DNA of 64,000 nt from a bacterium. GTDB lineage: Bacteria > Electryoneota > Electryoneia > Electryoneales > Electryoneaceae. The notes under the pieces were generated by a model. The model was not told where the DNA came from and ran no database searches. It was given only the letters and a program-made list of their open reading frames with translations. Of this stretch, positions 19,649 to 30,769 are shown piece by piece. Position 1 is the stretch's first letter. The number at the start of each line of letters is the position of its first letter. Both the position numbers and the translations under genes were made by a program. The DNA lies in contig OY769902.1 of NCBI GenBank assembly GCA_963669175.1, positions 2,976,001 through 3,040,000 of the forward strand. The letters are read 5' to 3'.

Positions 19649-20578
19649 ATGCAGCAGGTGTCACGCAGGCATTTTCTTTCCATCGGCGCCGGGGTGGTTG
19701 GCGCACTTTCCACGCCGTGGCCGATACGCGCTATTGCCGGTAGCAAACCGGATTTTACTGCCGCGTTTCTGACAGACATGCATGTCAATGCTCACCGTGG
19801 CGCCGCACAGGGTTTCAAAGCTTCGCTTGACAGCGCATTGGCGCTCCCGCAGAAGCCGTCCTTCCTGATTACCGGCGGCGACCTGGCCTATGATTGCCTG
19901 GAACAGACCAAAGCAGAAGCCGATGAGCAGTATGATCTGTTCTTCAAGGCGTTGGAAGGTGTGGATGTGCCGGTACATCATACACTGGGCAACCATGAAT
20001 GTCTCGGTGTCTATGAAGAAAGCGGGATGAGTCCGGACGATCCCTATTTCGGGAAACAGTATTTTCTGCAACGCTTCAACCGGGAGAAGACCTATACATC
20101 CTTCGACCACGAGAACTGGCATTTTGTACTCCTGGACAGTGTTGGTCTCGCGGATCGAAACTACCACGGTTTCGTTGACGCCGGGCAGCTTGCCTGGCTG
20201 GAAGATGACCTTGCTGCGGCGAACCGTCCGACAGTCGTTTGCATGCACATCCCGTTGCTTTCCAATATGCCGGAATGGCAAAACGGCTCCCTGAAGGAAG
20301 AGCACCCGAAAACCTGCGTGAACAACTGCAATGAGGTGCTTGCTGTGCTTGAGAAGCATCCGGTCAAGCTGGTTCTTGGCGGACACCTGCATATCAACGA
20401 ATCCTACAGATTCCGGGACATGGAACTGGCCAATATCGGCGCGGTATCAGGCGCATGGTGGCGTGGTCCGCGTAACGGTTTCGAGGAAGGCTACGCACAA
20501 CTGGAATTCCGTGGTGATGAGGTGATGTGGCGTTATATCGATTACGGTTGGACGCCGGTGCCGGAAGAAGAGGAGTAG
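19649..20578 (+). CDS. Tat-exported calcineurin-like metallophosphoesterase
   Basis: SRRHFL twin-arginine signal; DMH, GGD, GNHE, GHLH motifs. Confidence 0.88.
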   Translation: MQQVSRRHFLSIGAGVVGALSTPWPIRAIAGSKPDFTAAFLTDMHVNAHRGAAQGFKASLDSALALPQKPSFLITGGDLAYDCLEQTKAEADEQYDLFFKALEGVDVPVHHTLGNHECLGVYEESGMSPDDPYFGKQYFLQRFNREKTYTSFDHENWHFVLLDSVGLADRNYHGFVDAGQLAWLEDDLAAANRPTVVCMHIPLLSNMPEWQNGSLKEEHPKTCVNNCNEVLAVLEKHPVKLVLGGHLHINESYRFRDMELANIGAVSGAWWRGPRNGFEEGYAQLEFRGDEVMWRYIDYGWTPVPEEEE

Positions 20579-20934
20579 CGGAATAAAAAGAGGTTGGGTG
20601 GCCTGTACGTTTCCAGCAGTTCTGTAAAGGAATGCATGGCCCGAATTGCAGGATGTGCATTATGATTTCCACTAAATGCTGACAACATTTGTGAGTCGTC
20701 GTCCTGTGATGTGGATGATGAGCAAGTCGGGATTGGTTAGAGCCTGGGTGACTTTATACTTTTCCATGATACAAGGCTTCATCACGTGTGAATCGGGTTA
20801 CCCAAGCCTATAAACTCTCACGAGTTATTCATATCCAAAATCCTCCAATTGTGTATTCCCGAATCTGTTCATGAGGAAGTTTTTCCACTTGCGGATCGAC
20901 CCACCCGACTTTATTGTGACAATGACATGCTGGC

Positions 20935-23031
20935 ATGACAGCTCTCGCAAAGAAGGTGCAAAAGATGACTATCCCATCCATAGAAGAGATTCGCAAGAAC
21001 GGCAACGCCCTGATAAGGGAATCCTCCACCTACCTGCAACAGCACGCTCACAACCCGGTGTACTGGTATCCGTGGGGAGATGAGGCGCTGAATCGTGCGG
21101 TTGAAGAGGATAAGCCGATATTCCTGTCCATCGGATATTCTTCCTGTCACTGGTGTCATGTGATGGAGGAGAAGGTTTTTGAGCGTGATGAGATCGCGAA
21201 GTACATGAATGAGAACTATATCTGTATCAAGGTGGACCGTGAGGAACGTCCCGACCTGGATTCGGTCTACATGGCGGCAGTGCAGGCGATGACCAAGAAT
21301 GGCGGCTGGCCGTTATCTGCATTCTTGCTTCCCAACCTGAAACCTTTCTATGGTGGCACCTATTTCCCGCCAGACCAGTTTGTCAAGGTGATCGAACGGG
21401 CGTTCAACTTGTTCAAAGCGCAACGCGACAAGTTGACCGAACAGGGCGAAGCGGTTCAACGCTATATCGATGCCGTCTCCAATCTTGGCGATGGAAATGA
21501 GATTCTATCCGATGATCAGGTTCAGGCAATCGTGGACAAACTGCTTCAGCATGTCGATTATGAATGGGGTGGTTTTCGCAGTCAGATGAAATTCCCGACC
21601 CCGTTACGCTGGGCTTTCCTGTTGCATCGCTACCGCAAGCATGGCGGTGAATTGCTGGAGAAGGCGCTTCGAATCACGCTGGACCGTATCAACGAAGGTG
21701 GTATACACGACCAGTTGGGCGGCGGATTTCACAGGTACAGCGTAGACAGCGAATGGACCGTGCCGCACTTTGAGCAGATGCTTTACGACAACGCCCAGCT
21801 TGCCAGTCTGTACCTGGAAGCGGCTGCGGTTTTCAAATCAACGGAATACCGCAATGTGGCGAGAAGTACACTTGATTTCATGATCAGCGATTTTCTAAGC
21901 GAAGAGGGTGGTTTTTATGCGTCCTGGGATGCAGACAGCGAGGGCGGCGAAGGGCTGTACTACATCTGGACCCCGGACCTGATCAAAGAAGTGTGCGGTG
22001 AGGAGGAAGGGGAAGCGGTGTGTCGCCTGCTTGGTGTAACCGAGAACGGCAACTTTGGCGGCGTGAATGTGCTCACACGCAGGATCACGGAAAAGAAGCT
22101 GGCTGAGCTGGAAATGACCCGTGAAGAGGCGTTGGCGTTGCTGGACAAATGGCGCGGACCGTTGCGGGAAAGCCGTGGCAAACGCATCATGCCGAACCTG
22201 GACCAGAAAATTGTGACCTCCTGGAACGGCTTGGCGATCAGCGCTTTCAGCAAGGGGTATGAACTGCTTGGTGACTTGCAGTATATGCTCACGGCACGTC
22301 AAACGGCGGATTTCCTGTGGAAGAATCATTGGAATACGGAAACCGGGTTGCTGCGGGCCAGTACGGAAGATATGCCTTCCGTGACAGGTGTTCTCGACGA
22401 CTATGCCTTTTTTACCAACGGTCTGATCGACCTGTTCACCGCCAGTGGGGAAACGAAATACCTGGAACGTGCGCTGGAGCTGGTCGAGTACATTCGAAAA
22501 CACTTCGCCAATCCTGATGGTGGAGCGTATTTCCACACGCCTGATACAATAGCCCAGCCGATGGGACGCCGCATTGAGTACATCGACAGCGTGGAACCGT
22601 CCGGCAATGCCCTGCTGATGGTAGTCTACTTGAAGCTGGCCGCGTTGCGTGGAGAAGAAGAGTACCGTGATGAAGTACGTAGAGTGATCGCGGGCTTCAC
22701 CAACGTACTGGAGCGATCCGGACAGGAACTGGCGACCTGGCTGGACGCTATCGGCCTGTATCACGGTCCATTCCACGAGGTCGTCATTGTAGGCAAACCG
22801 GATGCGCCGGAAACGTCCGAACTGCTGAAAGCCTATCGTGAAGCAGCGCCATACAACGCTGTCCTGAGCTTTGTCCCGGGAGATGAAGCGACTGAGAAGC
22901 TTGTTGACCTGCTACCGCCTGTCAACGGCAAGACAACCATTGACGGCAAGCCAGCAACTTATGTCTGCCGGTTCGGAGCTTGTGATGAGCCGGTGTTTTC
23001 TGGGGAAGCGTTGAACAAGAAATTTGGCTGA
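20935..23031 (+). CDS. Thioredoxin-domain protein (YyaL/DUF255/SPATA20 family)
   Basis: [48 protein letters not shown]; start may be 20965. Confidence 0.92.
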   Translation: MTALAKKVQKMTIPSIEEIRKNGNALIRESSTYLQQHAHNPVYWYPWGDEALNRAVEEDKPIFLSIGYSSCHWCHVMEEKVFERDEIAKYMNENYICIKVDREERPDLDSVYMAAVQAMTKNGGWPLSAFLLPNLKPFYGGTYFPPDQFVKVIERAFNLFKAQRDKLTEQGEAVQRYIDAVSNLGDGNEILSDDQVQAIVDKLLQHVDYEWGGFRSQMKFPTPLRWAFLLHRYRKHGGELLEKALRITLDRINEGGIHDQLGGGFHRYSVDSEWTVPHFEQMLYDNAQLASLYLEAAAVFKSTEYRNVARSTLDFMISDFLSEEGGFYASWDADSEGGEGLYYIWTPDLIKEVCGEEEGEAVCRLLGVTENGNFGGVNVLTRRITEKKLAELEMTREEALALLDKWRGPLRESRGKRIMPNLDQKIVTSWNGLAISAFSKGYELLGDLQYMLTARQTADFLWKNHWNTETGLLRASTEDMPSVTGVLDDYAFFTNGLIDLFTASGETKYLERALELVEYIRKHFANPDGGAYFHTPDTIAQPMGRRIEYIDSVEPSGNALLMVVYLKLAALRGEEEYRDEVRRVIAGFTNVLERSGQELATWLDAIGLYHGPFHEVVIVGKPDAPETSELLKAYREAAPYNAVLSFVPGDEATEKLVDLLPPVNGKTTIDGKPATYVCRFGACDEPVFSGEALNKKFG
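22777..23031 (+). repeat. 255-bp direct repeat, copy 1 (3' end of YyaL-like gene)
   Basis: Nearly identical to 25482-25736. Confidence 0.9.
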
Positions 23032-23226
23032 AAGCATGTGAAGAGCCCTTTCTTCATTGTTCAGTTACTATTTCGCTTCTGTGGAAGTTTTAAGAATGCC
23101 TCTGTCACTCTTGACATTATGAAAATGTATTGTCATTTTAAAACTGTTGCATAATTCATACAATTCTTTTACGTGTCCCCATGCACTTTAAAAGAAGTAT
23201 TAAGAGAACTCTGCACAGGCGTAAAG

Positions 23227-25464
23227 ATGAAGACATATGCCTTCAATTCAGGCCATACAATCTGGGAACGATCCTTTTGCCTCTTCGTATGCCTTTTCGC
23301 TTACCTGCACTCTGCACTACCTGCTGATGCACAAAACCACTGGTTACCTGAACATCCCTTCCCTGCTGCGAACGATTTTACCGGATCTTGGGTTTTCGAG
23401 AACAATGATGTCTTGTTGACCGGAGGCGCCGGGATTATCTGTTACTATACAGCATCAACTGATTCATGGGAATACCACTGGTTGAGTGACAATGAAGCTG
23501 TGGATCACCTGAAAAAGATCCAGATGCTTGATGATCAGACTGGTTATGCCATTGGATTCAGAGATTGGGATTTTGCCATTTTGTACCGAACCGATGACCG
23601 GGGCATAACTTGGACGAATGTCACGAATTGTCCACTAGATAACGTTTTAGATCTGTTTTTTACATCAGTGGATAGTGGTTTTACAACAGGCGCATATACC
23701 GTATTTCGAACCTTGGATGGTAGTGAGACCTGGACGACAGTTTTTACAGATTCTACTGTAGGCATCATTGATATATATTTTATGGATGATGAGTATGGTT
23801 GGTTGGCCAGTCTTATGCAACACACGATTTACCAAACGATTAACTATGGTGAATCGTGGACTATGCTGGAAAGGCCGATTCAGCAACTACAGCCGGAGCA
23901 TGTGCGTTTTTTCACTCGTGACAGGGGAATAATTCAAGGTCTATTTGCCAACCTGCAGACAAATGATGGTGGAGAGACATGGGACTACCTTGAATTCGAT
24001 GAAAATTATTTCATGTTAGACGAACTGGTGGTAGCCAGTGATACTTTCGTTTTTGGTGCGACTTCTTACAATTATTACCTGAGATCTTTCGATAATGGGC
24101 AAAGTTGGGAATTTATTAATGACTATTACACGAATTTTGATGATCGGCATACGCAAACGCTACATTCTAATTCAAGTGGGAAAGTAGTACTTGCCGGCGA
24201 GGGTGGCTATCGCTGTTATAGTGATGATTTCGGTACGCACTTTCAACCCGATAGCGGATTGACAAAACAGTATCTAGAAGTATTCGAAATCCAGGATACT
24301 GGTCGTCTATGGATTTCTGGTGGTTATGACGTTGTTTTGACCCGAACTTTGGATGAATCAGAGTGGGAAATATATGAAGGCCTATCGGAAAGAGAAGGGT
24401 TATGGATTTATGATATTTCATTTAGAAACGAGTATGAAGGGTGGATTTGCGCTAACACCTCTTCTCTGCTTAGGACAACAGATAGTGGCGAAAATTGGGA
24501 AAATGTAAATATCGGCTTAGAGGAGAATGATCATCCCCTGGAGGTGATTTTCAGGAATGACCAGAATTACATGGCAATCTCAACTTCAGGGTATATCGTT
24601 GAATCTACTAACGCTGGCGAATCTTGGTCAATTATCAATGAAACGGCTCCAAGTAGCGGATTTCAGAAGCCCAATGAGTACGTTGATAGCCAAAATCTTT
24701 GGATGGGACGCGATAATTTATATTTCAGCAATGATGGGGGATATTCTTGGGACCTCAAATATACATGTGAAGAAGGCTATCAAGTTTATGATATCTGCTT
24801 CCTTACTCCACAAACAGGCTATATTGTTGTAAGTCACCGGATGCATAACGGCGAGGAATGGTGTGGTTCATCCTATATTCTTAAGACAATTGATGGAGGA
24901 GATACGTGGAGATGCAACCACTATGGAGATCTTGGGAGTCCAATATATAGCATCGATTTTTATGATGAAGCTCATGGTATGGCAGTTGGCGGGGATGGAC
25001 ACAGCTATACGACAAATGATGGAGGATATTCCTGGATATATCAAAACACTGGAACCAGTAATATATTAAAGAAAGTAACCTGTCTTGATAGTGTTACCTA
25101 TTTCGCTATTGGAAATAATGGGACCATTTATAAATATGAATACGACTATGATTGTTATGTAGATACTGAAACATCTAGACAGCTACCAGATGAGTTGTCC
25201 ATTTCAGCTTATCCTAATCCCTTCAATCATAGTGTTAATATATCCTTCTACTTAAAAAATGATGCAAATTTTTATGTTAATATATATAATATAAATGGGC
25301 AGTTGATATACTCAGGTAGCTATGGACATGTGAATAAGGGGAAAAATACATATAGATGGGATGGAAGAAATAATAATGGTGATATGGTTAGTTCAGGGGT
25401 GTACATTATTTGTGCTATGACAGATGATTGCAGTATATATAGAAAAATAATGTTGATAAAATGA
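23227..25464 (+). CDS. YCF48/BNR-repeat beta-propeller protein with T9SS/FlgD-type CTD; low GC
   Basis: Repeated (T/S)xDGGxxW Asp-boxes, YPNPFN...WDGRNNNG...SSGVY; start uncertain (23173 or 23227). Confidence 0.82.
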   Translation: MKTYAFNSGHTIWERSFCLFVCLFAYLHSALPADAQNHWLPEHPFPAANDFTGSWVFENNDVLLTGGAGIICYYTASTDSWEYHWLSDNEAVDHLKKIQMLDDQTGYAIGFRDWDFAILYRTDDRGITWTNVTNCPLDNVLDLFFTSVDSGFTTGAYTVFRTLDGSETWTTVFTDSTVGIIDIYFMDDEYGWLASLMQHTIYQTINYGESWTMLERPIQQLQPEHVRFFTRDRGIIQGLFANLQTNDGGETWDYLEFDENYFMLDELVVASDTFVFGATSYNYYLRSFDNGQSWEFINDYYTNFDDRHTQTLHSNSSGKVVLAGEGGYRCYSDDFGTHFQPDSGLTKQYLEVFEIQDTGRLWISGGYDVVLTRTLDESEWEIYEGLSEREGLWIYDISFRNEYEGWICANTSSLLRTTDSGENWENVNIGLEENDHPLEVIFRNDQNYMAISTSGYIVESTNAGESWSIINETAPSSGFQKPNEYVDSQNLWMGRDNLYFSNDGGYSWDLKYTCEEGYQVYDICFLTPQTGYIVVSHRMHNGEEWCGSSYILKTIDGGDTWRCNHYGDLGSPIYSIDFYDEAHGMAVGGDGHSYTTNDGGYSWIYQNTGTSNILKKVTCLDSVTYFAIGNNGTIYKYEYDYDCYVDTETSRQLPDELSISAYPNPFNHSVNISFYLKNDANFYVNIYNINGQLIYSGSYGHVNKGKNTYRWDGRNNNGDMVSSGVYIICAMTDDCSIYRKIMLIK

Positions 25465-25481
25465 TTGTAGGAATAGTAAAA

Positions 25482-25736
25482 GAGGTCGTTATCGTTGGCA
25501 AACCGGATGCGCAGGAAACGTCCGAACTGCTGAAAGCCTATCGTGAAGCAGCGCCATACAACGCTGTCCTGAGCTTTGTCCCGGGAGATGAAGCGACTGA
25601 GAAGCTTACTGACCTGCTGCCGCCTGTCAAAGGCAAGACAACCATTGACGGCAAGCCAGCAGCTTATGTCTGCCGGTTCGGAGCTTGTGGTGCGCCGGTG
25701 ATGAATGGGGAAGAGTTGAGAAGTAAGTTGGGGTGA
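25482..25736 (+). pseudogene. Orphan duplicate of the last 85 codons of the YyaL-like gene
   Basis: [10 protein letters not shown]...AYVCRFGAC...KLG* matches 22777-23031. Confidence 0.85.
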
Positions 25737-25742
25737 AAGAAA

Positions 25743-25773
25743 GCCGGGACTAACCCAATGGGATAGTCCCGGT
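25743..25773. terminator. Hairpin terminator between convergent genes
   Basis: CCGGGACTAACCC / GGGATAGTCCCGG stem. Confidence 0.6.
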
Positions 25774-25783
25774 AATATTGTAT

Positions 25784-26923
25784 CTAATAATGGATCTGCA
25801 TGGTCAGCTTCACCCAGTAGTCATCTTCAACATCGCTGCCATCATCGTTGGTATAATCATAATCAATTTTGTCATAATCCAGGATCAGCACGTTCTGCTG
25901 GCCGAAATCGTAGCCGATGCCTGCCCCGATGCGGTTATAGCGTCCATTGTTGGACTCGGGATCAACATCGAAATAATCATAACTGCCAATCACGCGCCAA
26001 TGCTTGGTGGGTTTCCCTTCTACAAAAGCGGAATACCCTTCGAAAGGTAGAGACGTTTCAGGACGCCAAGCCTTTATCCAACTTCCTTTCTGGTTGCCCA
26101 AACCGTTCACATATTGAGCCGTGATGGTGCCGTACTGGTGCTGGTAGGACAGGAACCCGGAGTTGACCTGCCAGATGGGGAGGTCGTCCGTATCACCCGC
26201 AACATTGCCACGACCGTACATGATCAGGTAGCTCACCTGGAAACCGGGAATGATGCCCGGAAGCGGACGTAGTGTAATACGAGCTTCATCCACCTTGTTG
26301 GTGTTGAGTTCCTTCGCATGATAGCCGCCGCCGTTATAAAAACCTACGGCAAAGCTGCCATAACGTCCGGCGTATTTGTCAGCAACCTTCTCCTTGTATT
26401 CCTTGTCCAGTTGCGGGCCGAAATCACCGGAAAGGGTCATGCCGAAGTCAGCGGAATTGAAAATGCCGGATCGTTCCACGAACATGGGGTTGACCATACG
26501 ATACCGGTTGATATGCTCCTCGAAATCGAGCCAGACCGCGTGGACGATACCAAATTCGAGATGAGTTTTGTAAAACGGGCCTAATGTGCCAAACTTGAAA
26601 TCGGCGAAGGCATATTTCAACCTGACTTCCATGTCGCCTTCGCCGTCGCCTTCGCCATCCTGGTTGGTGTCAAAGGTGATGCGTGCGCTCAGGTAGGGAA
26701 ACAGTTCCTTCTTCACCGTGAAGTAAGCACGGTTGATAAAGAAGTTGGAGATCTCTTCGCCACCTTCCTCGCCTGAGGTGTAGGAGAGATAATACAGACC
26801 GTTCATGGTAATTCCCTGCAAGCCTTTGGGCAACAGGGGAGAGATGTCAATTCCTTCATCGGCGATGCTCACACTTGCGCATACAAGCAGGATCGACAGG
26901 CAAACAACAAACATTCGTGGCAT
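25784..26923 (-). CDS. Putative outer-membrane porin-like beta-barrel
   Basis: Signal peptide, FFINRAYFT, RLKYAF, alternating beta pattern, C-terminal aromatic residue. Confidence 0.7.
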   Translation of the reverse strand: MPRMFVVCLSILLVCASVSIADEGIDISPLLPKGLQGITMNGLYYLSYTSGEEGGEEISNFFINRAYFTVKKELFPYLSARITFDTNQDGEGDGEGDMEVRLKYAFADFKFGTLGPFYKTHLEFGIVHAVWLDFEEHINRYRMVNPMFVERSGIFNSADFGMTLSGDFGPQLDKEYKEKVADKYAGRYGSFAVGFYNGGGYHAKELNTNKVDEARITLRPLPGIIPGFQVSYLIMYGRGNVAGDTDDLPIWQVNSGFLSYQHQYGTITAQYVNGLGNQKGSWIKAWRPETSLPFEGYSAFVEGKPTKHWRVIGSYDYFDVDPESNNGRYNRIGAGIGYDFGQQNVLILDYDKIDYDYTNDDGSDVEDDYWVKLTMQIHY

Positions 26924-27019
26924 GAATGGCTCCGTGTTGTTAGGAGTCTGTTAGAAAGGCGTGAGGATTTTAATGTTTTCAAGGTAGGCATGCAAGCTGA
27001 TTCGAGGCAGCGAGGTAAG

Positions 27020-27051
27020 AAAAAGGGTTGCCATCGAAAAATGGCAACCCT
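27020..27051 (-). terminator. Intrinsic terminator
   Basis: AGGGTTGCCAT / ATGGCAACCCT stem followed by a T-tract on the minus strand. Confidence 0.7.
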
Positions 27052-27082
27052 GAGAATAGCTGAATCTGCAACGGACAATTGC

Positions 27083-28090
27083 TTATCCGTTAACCTTCTT
27101 CATTTTAAAATACACTTCATGCTCAACTGTTGCTCCGAAGCAGCCCAGGCCGCCGTTCACATTGAACTCGGGACGGGTAACCGACTGCGGTCCCATATTG
27201 AGTGAGCTGAACATGTAGCGGTAGAAGCTGTATGATGCTGCGATCACTTTTACACGTTGCGGGCCAACATAGTCCGTGAAAGCCCAGAAGAACGGTTGTG
27301 AGTTCTGGTAATCCGGCGCCGGCATCCAGCCTGCACGCCACATTTCTTCAGCTTCCAACTCGTCCTCACTGGGATCCCAGTCCGGATCGAGCGGTTCCAG
27401 GTCAGCCGTATCGACCAGTGTTTCCGCGAACAACAGGTAGCCGCCTTCCGGGGTGTCGTCGTAGTTCACATTTACAAACGCATCCGACCAGAAGAAGTTG
27501 AACATGGGCGCACTGCGTGTGAAAGTGGGCCAGGGAGCGTCCGGCATGTTCCAGGGATCTGCCGGGATCGAATCCATCAACGCATCCAGCTCATTATTGT
27601 CACAACGGACTGTAAAAGAGTCCGGGATCGCAGTCACAGCCCAGAGATCTACTTCACCGTCCTTGAACGCTTCAATCCGGTAGGTCCAAAGATGACGGCA
27701 GATCTCTGTGCTTGTTGTGAAATACTTGCCTGCTGTATCCGCATATTCGGTGTAATAGACAGACAGGCCACTTGAATCGACCGCGGAACCGTTCTCGTCC
27801 AGGATCGGGAAGATTACGATTTCTGCGTTATGAACCGCGTAGTCTGCCGGATCATAGTAAGAATCCAGGTCACGCGCCGTCATTTCCAGGAAGATGGTGC
27901 TTCCATCCTGAAAAGCTTTTCCACCTTCCACATAAGCGCTGAGGAACGGCTCTGCATTGTAATCGCTGTATTCTGTCGGGTTGTTGTCGGTCAGTTCACA
28001 CCCGGTAAACAGCATGAGTGCCATCAATGTGAAAAGCAGACCGGCAAACATCATTTTATGACCATGTATCGAAGTAGTTGTCGTTTTCAT
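27083..28090 (-). CDS. DUF4249-like lipoprotein
   Basis: Lipobox FTGC, C-terminal NVNGGLGCFGA; follows a TonB receptor. Confidence 0.75.
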   Translation of the reverse strand: MKTTTTSIHGHKMMFAGLLFTLMALMLFTGCELTDNNPTEYSDYNAEPFLSAYVEGGKAFQDGSTIFLEMTARDLDSYYDPADYAVHNAEIVIFPILDENGSAVDSSGLSVYYTEYADTAGKYFTTSTEICRHLWTYRIEAFKDGEVDLWAVTAIPDSFTVRCDNNELDALMDSIPADPWNMPDAPWPTFTRSAPMFNFFWSDAFVNVNYDDTPEGGYLLFAETLVDTADLEPLDPDWDPSEDELEAEEMWRAGWMPAPDYQNSQPFFWAFTDYVGPQRVKVIAASYSFYRYMFSSLNMGPQSVTRPEFNVNGGLGCFGATVEHEVYFKMKKVNG

Positions 28091-28092
28091 GG

Positions 28093-30381
28093 TTAGAACC
28101 TCACTTCGTATGAAAGCAACGGAATGATGGGAAGCAGTTTCACCTTTTCAACTTCAACCGGGTTTGTATCGTTGTCGTAACTCAGGAACCAGATTGAACG
28201 CCTGCTGTACACGTTATAGACACTCATGTTCAGCTTTGCCGGCAATTTGAAGAAATGGTGGTTGTAGGTGAATGTCACATCCAGACGGTGATCCGCCGGG
28301 AAACGGTAGTTGTTCTGTGCGCCGTACAGCATGCGACGGTTTGCATCCGGAAACATATCGTCCTTGACGCCCGGCAAGTGCTGGGTGTACATGGCCATGG
28401 CACGAGTGTAACCCTGACCGGTGTTGTAACGCCACTGGGCTGACATATCCCATTTCTCTGACAGGGCGTAGGTGCCCACCGCGATGAAGTCATGCCGACG
28501 GTCCCAGCGTGGATAGTACCAGTTGCCGAAGTTCACGTTGCTGCCCGGGAAACGACGCTTGGTCCAGGCAAGCGAATAACCAAGCCATCCGGTTAGTCGT
28601 CCTGCCTTCTTTCGCAGCATGAATTCAAAACCGTAAGCATACCCTTCACCGATAAAGGTGACATCCTTCATGGTTGTGCCACGGTCAACGGCCATATTGA
28701 ATTCATTGACATTGTGCAGGTCGTTGTAATACGACTCAAAAGTGAACTCGAGTCCCGGAACAGGGTCATGTTCAATACCCAGAACGATCTGGTCGGCATA
28801 CATCGGTTCAACGGTGCCGTCATTCGGCATCCAGATGTCCAGGAAGCTTGCCGCATCGCCGGAAGAAACAACTTCTATCCACTGGTAGTAGCGTCCCAGA
28901 GCGAGCTTGAATCGAGTCTGAGGGTTGTAGTGGTAAACAGTTGAGAAACGTGGTTCCAGCTTAACCTGTTCACCCTTTTCATGCCAGGACCAGCGCAGCC
29001 CCGGCATGACTTCCCATTGGGCGCCGATTTTCCAACTGTCCTGGATGTAATGGGAAATATTCCAGGCGTAATCATCAATGTCCATGTATACAACGTCTTC
29101 AGTCTGGTTTAGTACATCCACACTGTAGCGACGCGCTTCAATACCACTTTTAATGGTGTGGTTTACCAGGCCAAAATATTCGAAGTCCGTGCGGATAAGG
29201 TGCTCGTTAAAACGGTTCTTGAATTCCTGTACCGTTTCGCCTTCATTTTCAAAAGCGAATCCACTGGCATATCTGCTGAAAGAATACCCAAGTGTCACAT
29301 AGCTGTGATCTCCAGTTACCTGGCGCAGACGGGCCGTACTGGTTTTATTTCCCCAGTGCGTTTTTATCTCTATGGGACTGTCTGTATCACTGAACTCATA
29401 GGTCAGTTTGTCCAGTCCAAGGTAGCCACCCAGTGTCAGGGTTGTTTTCGGGGTAACGTCCAGGTTGACTTTTCCGTTGCCATCATAGAAGTAATAATTG
29501 GGCAGGTCTTCCACGCCAGATGATTCCAGCGCTTTCACAATACCGTCAAAATACGTGCGGCGTCCTGATACGGCATAAGAACCGATTCCTTTTGGCAATG
29601 GTCCTTCCAGGGCCATCTTGGTAGAAACGATACCCAGTGAAACCACGCCTTCATTCTTTTTCCGGTTTCCATCATTGGTAACAACCTCCAGCACACTACC
29701 GGCGCGGCTGCCGTATTCTGCAGGGAAGCCCCCCTTCATAAGCTGGATATGTTTGACCGCATCCCCGTTGAAGGTGCTGAACATGCCAAACAGGTGAGAT
29801 GGATTGTACACCGTGCTCTGGTCCATCTGGATCAGGGTCATGGCGCTGTTACCGCCACGTACATACAAGGCGCTGGAAATATCCGATGAAGCTTTAACAC
29901 CGGGAATGGCCTGCATGGCGCGCATGACATCCACTTCCGCGCCAAGGGCGGGGAGGGAGCGGATGGTGTTGGCGTCAACAGGTATAGTAGATACACGAGC
30001 GCTTTTCCTTATCTCGTCATCATCCGTTGCGCTCTGTGTATAGACTACTTCCTCAAGGGAAAGCCCAGCCGGCAGCAATTCAAGATTTACCGGGGTTGTT
30101 TCACTGCCATTCACCTTTACCTCGAATTCAGCGGTGTTGAAGCCCAGGTAACTGACTTTTAAGGTGTACATTCCCGACGGTAGAGCTGGAATGTGGAAGT
30201 AACCGTCAAGGTTTGTCGCTGCGCCACGTTCAGTACCAACAACAAGTACATTGGCTACCGGCAATGGCTCGCCGGATGTTTTATCCAGCACAAATCCACG
30301 AATTGCGCCGTCGGCGTGTGCTGATGTAACACAGAGGAGCAACAGCAGTACCGTCAATAAAAGAAATAGCTTGATGTTCAC
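28093..30381 (-). CDS. TonB-dependent receptor with N-terminal carboxypeptidase-regulatory-like domain
   Basis: GEPLPVANV...TNLDGYF, plug LYVRGG, KGGFPAEYG, NVYSR, C-terminal F. Confidence 0.9.
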   Translation of the reverse strand: MNIKLFLLLTVLLLLLCVTSAHADGAIRGFVLDKTSGEPLPVANVLVVGTERGAATNLDGYFHIPALPSGMYTLKVSYLGFNTAEFEVKVNGSETTPVNLELLPAGLSLEEVVYTQSATDDDEIRKSARVSTIPVDANTIRSLPALGAEVDVMRAMQAIPGVKASSDISSALYVRGGNSAMTLIQMDQSTVYNPSHLFGMFSTFNGDAVKHIQLMKGGFPAEYGSRAGSVLEVVTNDGNRKKNEGVVSLGIVSTKMALEGPLPKGIGSYAVSGRRTYFDGIVKALESSGVEDLPNYYFYDGNGKVNLDVTPKTTLTLGGYLGLDKLTYEFSDTDSPIEIKTHWGNKTSTARLRQVTGDHSYVTLGYSFSRYASGFAFENEGETVQEFKNRFNEHLIRTDFEYFGLVNHTIKSGIEARRYSVDVLNQTEDVVYMDIDDYAWNISHYIQDSWKIGAQWEVMPGLRWSWHEKGEQVKLEPRFSTVYHYNPQTRFKLALGRYYQWIEVVSSGDAASFLDIWMPNDGTVEPMYADQIVLGIEHDPVPGLEFTFESYYNDLHNVNEFNMAVDRGTTMKDVTFIGEGYAYGFEFMLRKKAGRLTGWLGYSLAWTKRRFPGSNVNFGNWYYPRWDRRHDFIAVGTYALSEKWDMSAQWRYNTGQGYTRAMAMYTQHLPGVKDDMFPDANRRMLYGAQNNYRFPADHRLDVTFTYNHHFFKLPAKLNMSVYNVYSRRSIWFLSYDNDTNPVEVEKVKLLPIIPLLSYEVRF

Positions 30382-30705
30382 GATGTCCCTCTAAGCGCTC
30401 TGAAATGGAAATGGTTTTTTTTTTTAATCAACCGTTGCCCCGCACCTTGGCAAAATAGAGACCTGAAAATGAAGAATGGCTCGAAATAAAACGCAAATAA
30501 TCAGATCGCCAAGATAATCAATGAGATAGTAGGTGGAAAGGTGTCTCCAATATGACTCGCAAAAAAAATGACTCTGAATAGAAGAAATGGAGAGTGTTCC
30601 TGATCACAACAATTTTTGAGTATTTGTTGCATTTCGACAACAGTTCCCCATGAGAATAATACTCCACTTTGATGTATATTGCACGAGGAGAGCATGGGGA
30701 AGCTA

Positions 30706-30734
30706 TTGACAAAGGCATAGGTTGGAGGTATATA
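30706..30734 (+). promoter_or_regulatory. Sigma70-type promoter of tetR
   Basis: TTGACA-N17-TATATA directly upstream of the first operator. Confidence 0.6.
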
Positions 30735-30735
30735 T

Positions 30736-30760
30736 TCGACCACTATACGAAAAAAGTCGA
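30736..30760. promoter_or_regulatory. Putative TetR operator 1
   Basis: TCGACCACTATACGAAAAAAGTCGA; matches 31376 and 31513. Confidence 0.7.
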
Positions 30761-30769
30761 GGAGTCCAG

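Noticed and set aside
22777-25736. Possible DGR template/variable repeat pair
   Set aside because: Mismatches are not restricted to adenines in either copy and there is no reverse transcriptase in the window
25461-25736. 91-aa ORF as an independent gene
   Set aside because: It is the duplicated YyaL 3' end with a few fortuitous upstream codons
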